From: Candidatus Wildermuthbacteria bacterium RIFCSPHIGHO2_12_FULL_40_12
GTDB taxonomy: Bacteria; Patescibacteriota; Minisyncoccia; Minisyncoccales; 2-12-FULL-40-12
NCBI GenBank assembly: GCA_001823315.1
Contig: MHUC01000015.1
Coordinates: 2,106 to 30,058 of the forward strand
Direction of reading: 5' to 3'
DNA: 27,953 nt
In this document: positions 24,254 to 27,953 of the stretch, one piece after another
How the letters are laid out: every line of letters begins with the position of its first letter
Numbering within the stretch: position 1 is the stretch's first letter
Program-made: the position numbers and the translations under genes
The notes under the pieces: generated by a model
What the model was told of the DNA's origin: nothing
The model's input: the letters and a program-made list of their open reading frames with translations, nothing else
Databases searched by the model: none

Positions 24254-24559
24254 ATGTGGTGGATAATCTTTTTTGGTCTTGTTGGCGTATTGCTTGCCAG
24301 AATATCAATGGAACAGACCCAGAAAACGGCGAAATTTAATAGATTCTTCGACGTAGGGCATTTACTGTTCGTTGTCGCAGGAAGTATAATTCTCTGGGAT
24401 GTAGTACATACTTCCGAATCAATGCTCTTGACGTTAAAAACGGGGGTAAAAGTAGCTTTTACCTCTATAACCGTACTATTCAATGTTATGGCAAGCGCAG
24501 CGCAATGCGTTGCGCAAGCACGTGAAAAACCAAGGGTTATAAAACCGCCTAATTTGTAG
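24254..24559 (+). CDS. Hypothetical membrane protein
   Basis: AAAGGAG SD; hydrophobic helices; own promoter and terminator. Confidence 0.7.
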   Translation: MWWIIFFGLVGVLLARISMEQTQKTAKFNRFFDVGHLLFVVAGSIILWDVVHTSESMLLTLKTGVKVAFTSITVLFNVMASAAQCVAQAREKPRVIKPPNL

Positions 24560-24570
24560 GCGGGTTTTTT
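24545..24570 (+). terminator. Intrinsic terminator overlapping the stop codon
   Basis: CCGCCTA-ATTTG-TAGGCGG then GTTTTTT. Confidence 0.7.
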
Positions 24571-24712
24571 ATTATTGATTCTATTAATGAAAAGGAGTTT
24601 CCGTTGCGGAAACCCATCAAAAAAATTCTAAAATTGACTTTTGTCTGAATATGGAGTATATTTACGATTTCGCTCGAACTTACTTTATCAAAAATTCCTA
24701 GGAAAAACCAGA

Positions 24713-24740
24713 GCCCGCCCCGCCAGCTGGCGGAGCGGGC
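24713..24740. repeat. GC-rich palindrome GCCCGC-C-CCGCCAGCTGGCGG-A-GCGGGC
   Basis: Read directly; shares its core with the prfB palindrome. Confidence 0.8.
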
Positions 24741-24887
24741 AAAAAAATTCCTCCCCCTCGCCCCCTCCATTTTTGCCCCCGCGCCGAAAACTTTTTATGA
24801 AAAATTCAAAAATATTAGGATTTATTGGTTTGTTGTTTTTTCAAACAATTTATTTTATAATGATTAACTACACTAGACTAATCTATT

Positions 24888-26030
24888 ATGAGCAGAAAAA
24901 TTGTGATAAAAGACCCAAATGAGGCGGTCCTAATAAGAGAGCTGGAAAAAAGAAATGATATAAAGGCAGAAAGGATAAAAAGACTATTAAAATTGCCCGA
25001 TCTTACAAAAAAGGAAAATTCTCCAGTCAAAATTTTGTTTGACCAAATAATAAATCTGCCGAGATTTAAGAATTTTGATATAGTTGATTTCCCAAAAATA
25101 ATTACACCAGAGCAAGATTTTGATCTGTTAAACACTCCCAAAGACCATCCTAGCAGGAGAGAAACAGACACTTATTATCTAGACGAAGATCATTTATTGC
25201 GCACACAGATGACAGCCTTTTGGTCATTTTATCTTAAAGACAAAAATGTCTTAAAAAGATTAGAGGAAGAAGGAGAAATAATGGCACTGGCTCCGGGAAT
25301 TGTTTATCGCAAAGATGAGATTGATCGCAGTCATTATCCAGCATTTCATCAGATTGACGGTTTGCTAATTTGCAAAAAATTGAAAAAAATAATTACACAA
25401 AGTGACCTAAAAGAAGTCCAGGTTGATTTAGCGAAAGGAATTTTCGGCAAAGATATTGAGTATAAATTTTTAGACGATGAATTTCCTTACACTATTGAAA
25501 GCTTGGAAATGGATATTATGTTTAACGGCAAATGGCTTGAGGTTAATGGTGCCGGGTTGGTAAATCCTGTGTGTTTGAAAACTTTTGGTTTAGATCCCAA
25601 AGTCTATAATGGCTGGGCATTTGGATTCGGCGACAGGTTGGCTATGATAAAAATGGGAATTTCTGATATTAGAATATTGTGGTCTGATGATCCAAGGATT
25701 ACCAGCCAATTCAAGGATATCAATAGCAGGTTTAAAACTGTAAGCAAGTATCCATCAACTTTCAGAGATATTTCGTTTGTAATAGATAAAAATATAAACC
25801 TAAACAACTACTACGAAATTGTGCGCGACTTTGCTAAGGATTTGATTGAGCAGGTAAAACTTATTGACGAATACGAAAACGAGAAAAAATTCGGCAAGGA
25901 TAAAAAGTCGTATACATTCCGCGTTACTTACCGCTCTTACGAAAGAACATTAACTAACGAGGAGGTCAATAAGATTCAAGATGAAATCAGAGAAGAAACC
26001 AAAAAAGAATTAAAAGCAGAAATAAGGTAA
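24888..26030 (+). CDS. Single-chain (organelle-type) phenylalanyl-tRNA synthetase: class II catalytic domain plus ferredoxin-fold anticodon-binding domain
   Basis: HPSRRETDTYY, LLRTQMT, VYRKDEIDRSHYPAFHQ, FPYT, WLEV-x-GAG, GWAFGFGDRLAM, then YPSTFRDISF...KKSYTFRVTYRS-x-ERTLTNEEVN. Confidence 0.85.
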   Translation: MSRKIVIKDPNEAVLIRELEKRNDIKAERIKRLLKLPDLTKKENSPVKILFDQIINLPRFKNFDIVDFPKIITPEQDFDLLNTPKDHPSRRETDTYYLDEDHLLRTQMTAFWSFYLKDKNVLKRLEEEGEIMALAPGIVYRKDEIDRSHYPAFHQIDGLLICKKLKKIITQSDLKEVQVDLAKGIFGKDIEYKFLDDEFPYTIESLEMDIMFNGKWLEVNGAGLVNPVCLKTFGLDPKVYNGWAFGFGDRLAMIKMGISDIRILWSDDPRITSQFKDINSRFKTVSKYPSTFRDISFVIDKNINLNNYYEIVRDFAKDLIEQVKLIDEYENEKKFGKDKKSYTFRVTYRSYERTLTNEEVNKIQDEIREETKKELKAEIR

Positions 26031-26181
26031 TAAATACCAATGAGCTCAAAAGAAATCATCTTTTACCTAGACGGCAAAGAATTTAAACAAAGTTCGGATG
26101 GTTTCGGAATTGGCGTAAATGAATGGGTTTCTTTGGCAAACGCCAAAGAAAAAATTTCTAAAACTCAACCTGTTTTAATAC

Positions 26182-26257
26182 TGGAGCCACCTCGCGGAGT
26201 CGAACCGCGGACCTTCACTTTACGAAAGTGCTGCTCTACCAACTGAGCTAAGGTGGC
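26182..26257 (-). tRNA. tRNA-Thr(CGT), CCA encoded
   Basis: GCCACCT/AGGTGGC acceptor, AGCTCAGTTGGTAGAGC D-arm, TTCGTAA loop, CGCGG-TTCGACT-CCGCG T-arm; 76 nt. Confidence 0.96.
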
Positions 26258-26296
26258 AGTAAGTTCCGGCGGGCAGGTCTGCCAACTGAAATACGT

Positions 26297-26677
26297 TTAT
26301 TTAAACCACTCTTTCCAGCTTTTGGGCCAACCAATAAGCAAAAGGAGCGCTAAAGGAGCTCCCCAATTGGCCCACCTCTCAATAAAATCCCATACTGGAA
26401 GCCCAACGAGCGGTCTTAGTAACGCCGTCCAGAAACCCCAAAAAACCATCCAAAGCAGAGCTAACCTTATTGGTTTTACGAGGACAAGAATTGCCAACGC
26501 AATATCTAAAAGACCGATGAAGAATAAAATCTTGACAGCTAATTCCGTATCCGCAACACCAAACTTTCCAAACCAACCAGCCCAATCTTTTTTGCCTTGC
26601 AAGCCAAAAACGCCATGGCCCAGAAACTCGCCCGCTACCGCAATTCTTAAAATCCACTCAATTAATTTTGCGTTCAT
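26297..26677 (-). CDS. DoxX-like membrane protein
   Basis: LRIAVAGEFLGHG start motif and four hydrophobic helices. Confidence 0.65.
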   Translation of the reverse strand: MNAKLIEWILRIAVAGEFLGHGVFGLQGKKDWAGWFGKFGVADTELAVKILFFIGLLDIALAILVLVKPIRLALLWMVFWGFWTALLRPLVGLPVWDFIERWANWGAPLALLLLIGWPKSWKEWFK

Positions 26678-26680
26678 TTT

Positions 26681-27073
26681 TTAATCAAACTTCACCTGAA
26701 AATTATACATTCCCATTGAACAAAAACCCTGCACAATCGCGCCTGCTTTTTGCGGCGGCACATCAATAAGGGTTTTGCCCGAAGACGGAAGATGATTGCT
26801 ATAACCCAAGCTTGGAATAGTCAAAGCTGACGAACAATCAAACGTGGCTTTCGTGTTCACTTTAATAATGGTCGGCAAGCCGGCTTTAGCATTGGTGACT
26901 CTTGGCGAATACCCGCCCTTAGCATCAATCTCGATAATCTGCTTTCCGTCAATTATGCTAACGTTATTTACGGTTTGAGTATTGTCGCTTTGGCCGTTGC
27001 GGCCTCCCGCCATCACCATTGCCCCCACAATCAAAACAACGGCAATCAGCATGGATATAACGGTCATTTTCAT
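26681..27073 (-). CDS. Cupredoxin-like domain protein, membrane anchored
   Basis: GGYSP, FDCSS and FCSMGMY pattern of the Cupredoxin_1-like domains found with heavy-metal/DsbD-like proteins. Confidence 0.7.
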   Translation of the reverse strand: MKMTVISMLIAVVLIVGAMVMAGGRNGQSDNTQTVNNVSIIDGKQIIEIDAKGGYSPRVTNAKAGLPTIIKVNTKATFDCSSALTIPSLGYSNHLPSSGKTLIDVPPQKAGAIVQGFCSMGMYNFQVKFD

Positions 27074-27100
27074 AAGATTGATGCATTATACCAATCTTGG

Positions 27101-27953
27101 CTAAAAATTGAAGATTGGCGGAATAAACCCAATGGCAACAAAAGCGTTGATCAAGTTAAAAACGCCGAAAAATATCACAATGATGCCAGCGGTCTTAAAA
27201 AAGATTGATGATTGCGCTTTTTTGTAAATACCCAGAGAGCTAAAGCTCAATAAAGCCAACACCGGAAACGTGCCAAGGGCAAACGTAAACATAGTTAAAG
27301 CGCCCTCTAAGAAACTGCCGGTAGTCAAAGTATAAATCTGCATTGACTGGGTAAAGCCGCAAGGCAGGAAAAACGTTGCGACGCCAACTATAGACGGCGT
27401 CAAAACATGATTGATATCTTTAAGATTATGAACATGTTTTCCAATAGAGCTTGGGATGGTGAACTGCAGTTTTTTCGCCCAAGGGAATATATCCAAAAGA
27501 TTAATGCCAAGAATCAAAAGCAAAAAAGCGACTACTAAACTAAGCGAAAATACCCCAATGGGACTTAACTGGAAAGCGGATCCAAAAACGCCGATTACAC
27601 CCCCAAGCAAAAAGAACGACGCTAAGCGGCCAACATGAAACATGGCTTGCGGTAAAATTCTCTCCCCTTCTTTAACGTAGTTGGCGGACATAGAAAGCGT
27701 TAATCCGCCAACTACCGCCATACAAGTGGAAACAGAAGCGATAAGTCCGATTAAAAATGCTGTTCCATAATTAACCTCTGACGCGGTGACCAGATTAACG
27801 ATACCGAGTTTCTGCAAAAGAATAAACAAGACAATAAATCCTGCGGCAATCGGAAAGGCCGTCTTGAAATCAGACCATTGGGTAACGTTTTTCCGTCGTT
27901 CAAGAGAAAGAGCGTAACCGTGCGGTTTTAATACCTCGCTTAAATCTCGCGCG
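27101..27953 (-). CDS. DsbD_2/TauE-like thiol-disulfide or heavy-metal membrane protein, 3' part; frame open to the window end
   Basis: SVSTCMAVVGG, FHVGRLASF and TFFLPCGFTQ (two conserved Cys). The frame continues without a stop to 27952 (..LKPHGYALS..). Confidence 0.8.
   Translation of the reverse strand, partial: ARDLSEVLKPHGYALSLERRKNVTQWSDFKTAFPIAAGFIVLFILLQKLGIVNLVTASEVNYGTAFLIGLIASVSTCMAVVGGLTLSMSANYVKEGERILPQAMFHVGRLASFFLLGGVIGVFGSAFQLSPIGVFSLSLVVAFLLLILGINLLDIFPWAKKLQFTIPSSIGKHVHNLKDINHVLTPSIVGVATFFLPCGFTQSMQIYTLTTGSFLEGALTMFTFALGTFPVLALLSFSSLGIYKKAQSSIFFKTAGIIVIFFGVFNLINAFVAIGFIPPIFNF

Noticed and set aside
24600-24887. T-box riboswitch upstream of the PheRS gene
   Set aside because: No T-box consensus (AAGGTGGTACCGCG-like), antiterminator or specifier stem was found.
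24641-24922. 93-aa plus-strand ORF
   Set aside because: It runs through the palindrome and C-tract, has low-complexity Pro/Ser content and no SD.
104-27638. Remaining short antisense or overlapping ORFs in the six-frame track
   Set aside because: They lie opposite well-supported genes and have no SD sites or recognisable motifs.
1-27953. Alternative genetic code (TGA as Gly or Trp)
   Set aside because: Many well-defined genes end in TGA at expected lengths, often in ATGA overlaps, and the prfB CTT TGA C site is intact.

Overview
A 28 kb bacterial window at roughly 40% GC. It uses the standard genetic code (TGA acts as a stop), and most genes lie on the minus strand. Gene content and style suggest a Patescibacteria (CPR/Parcubacteria-like) genome; this is an inference. 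The signs are tightly overlapping core genes without Shine-Dalgarno (SD) sites, a divergent FtsZ, CAP, Gmad2 and DUF192 proteins, and short GC-rich palindromes. Core genes: nnrD (partial), galU, ftsZ, LOG, AlkD-like, greA, ybaB, tgt, FKBP, xseAB, bcp, yjjX, uppP, msrA/msrB, ftsEX, prfB (+1 frameshift), a single-chain organelle-type PheRS, tRNA-Gln(CTG) and tRNA-Thr(CGT). Scattered between them are solo hypothetical genes, most with their own promoter, SD and terminator. The most striking structure is at 20493-20924. A tRNA-Gln gene is split in its D-loop (nt 1-16 and nt 18-71) by a 362-nt insert whose ends form a 15-bp stem. The insert is filled exactly by a small GIY-YIG nuclease ORF that reads through a second, intact tRNA-Gln copy, whose acceptor stem is extended to 14 bp. 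A second GIY-YIG gene with REP-like flanks follows directly. No CRISPR array, rRNA, transposase or integrase was seen.
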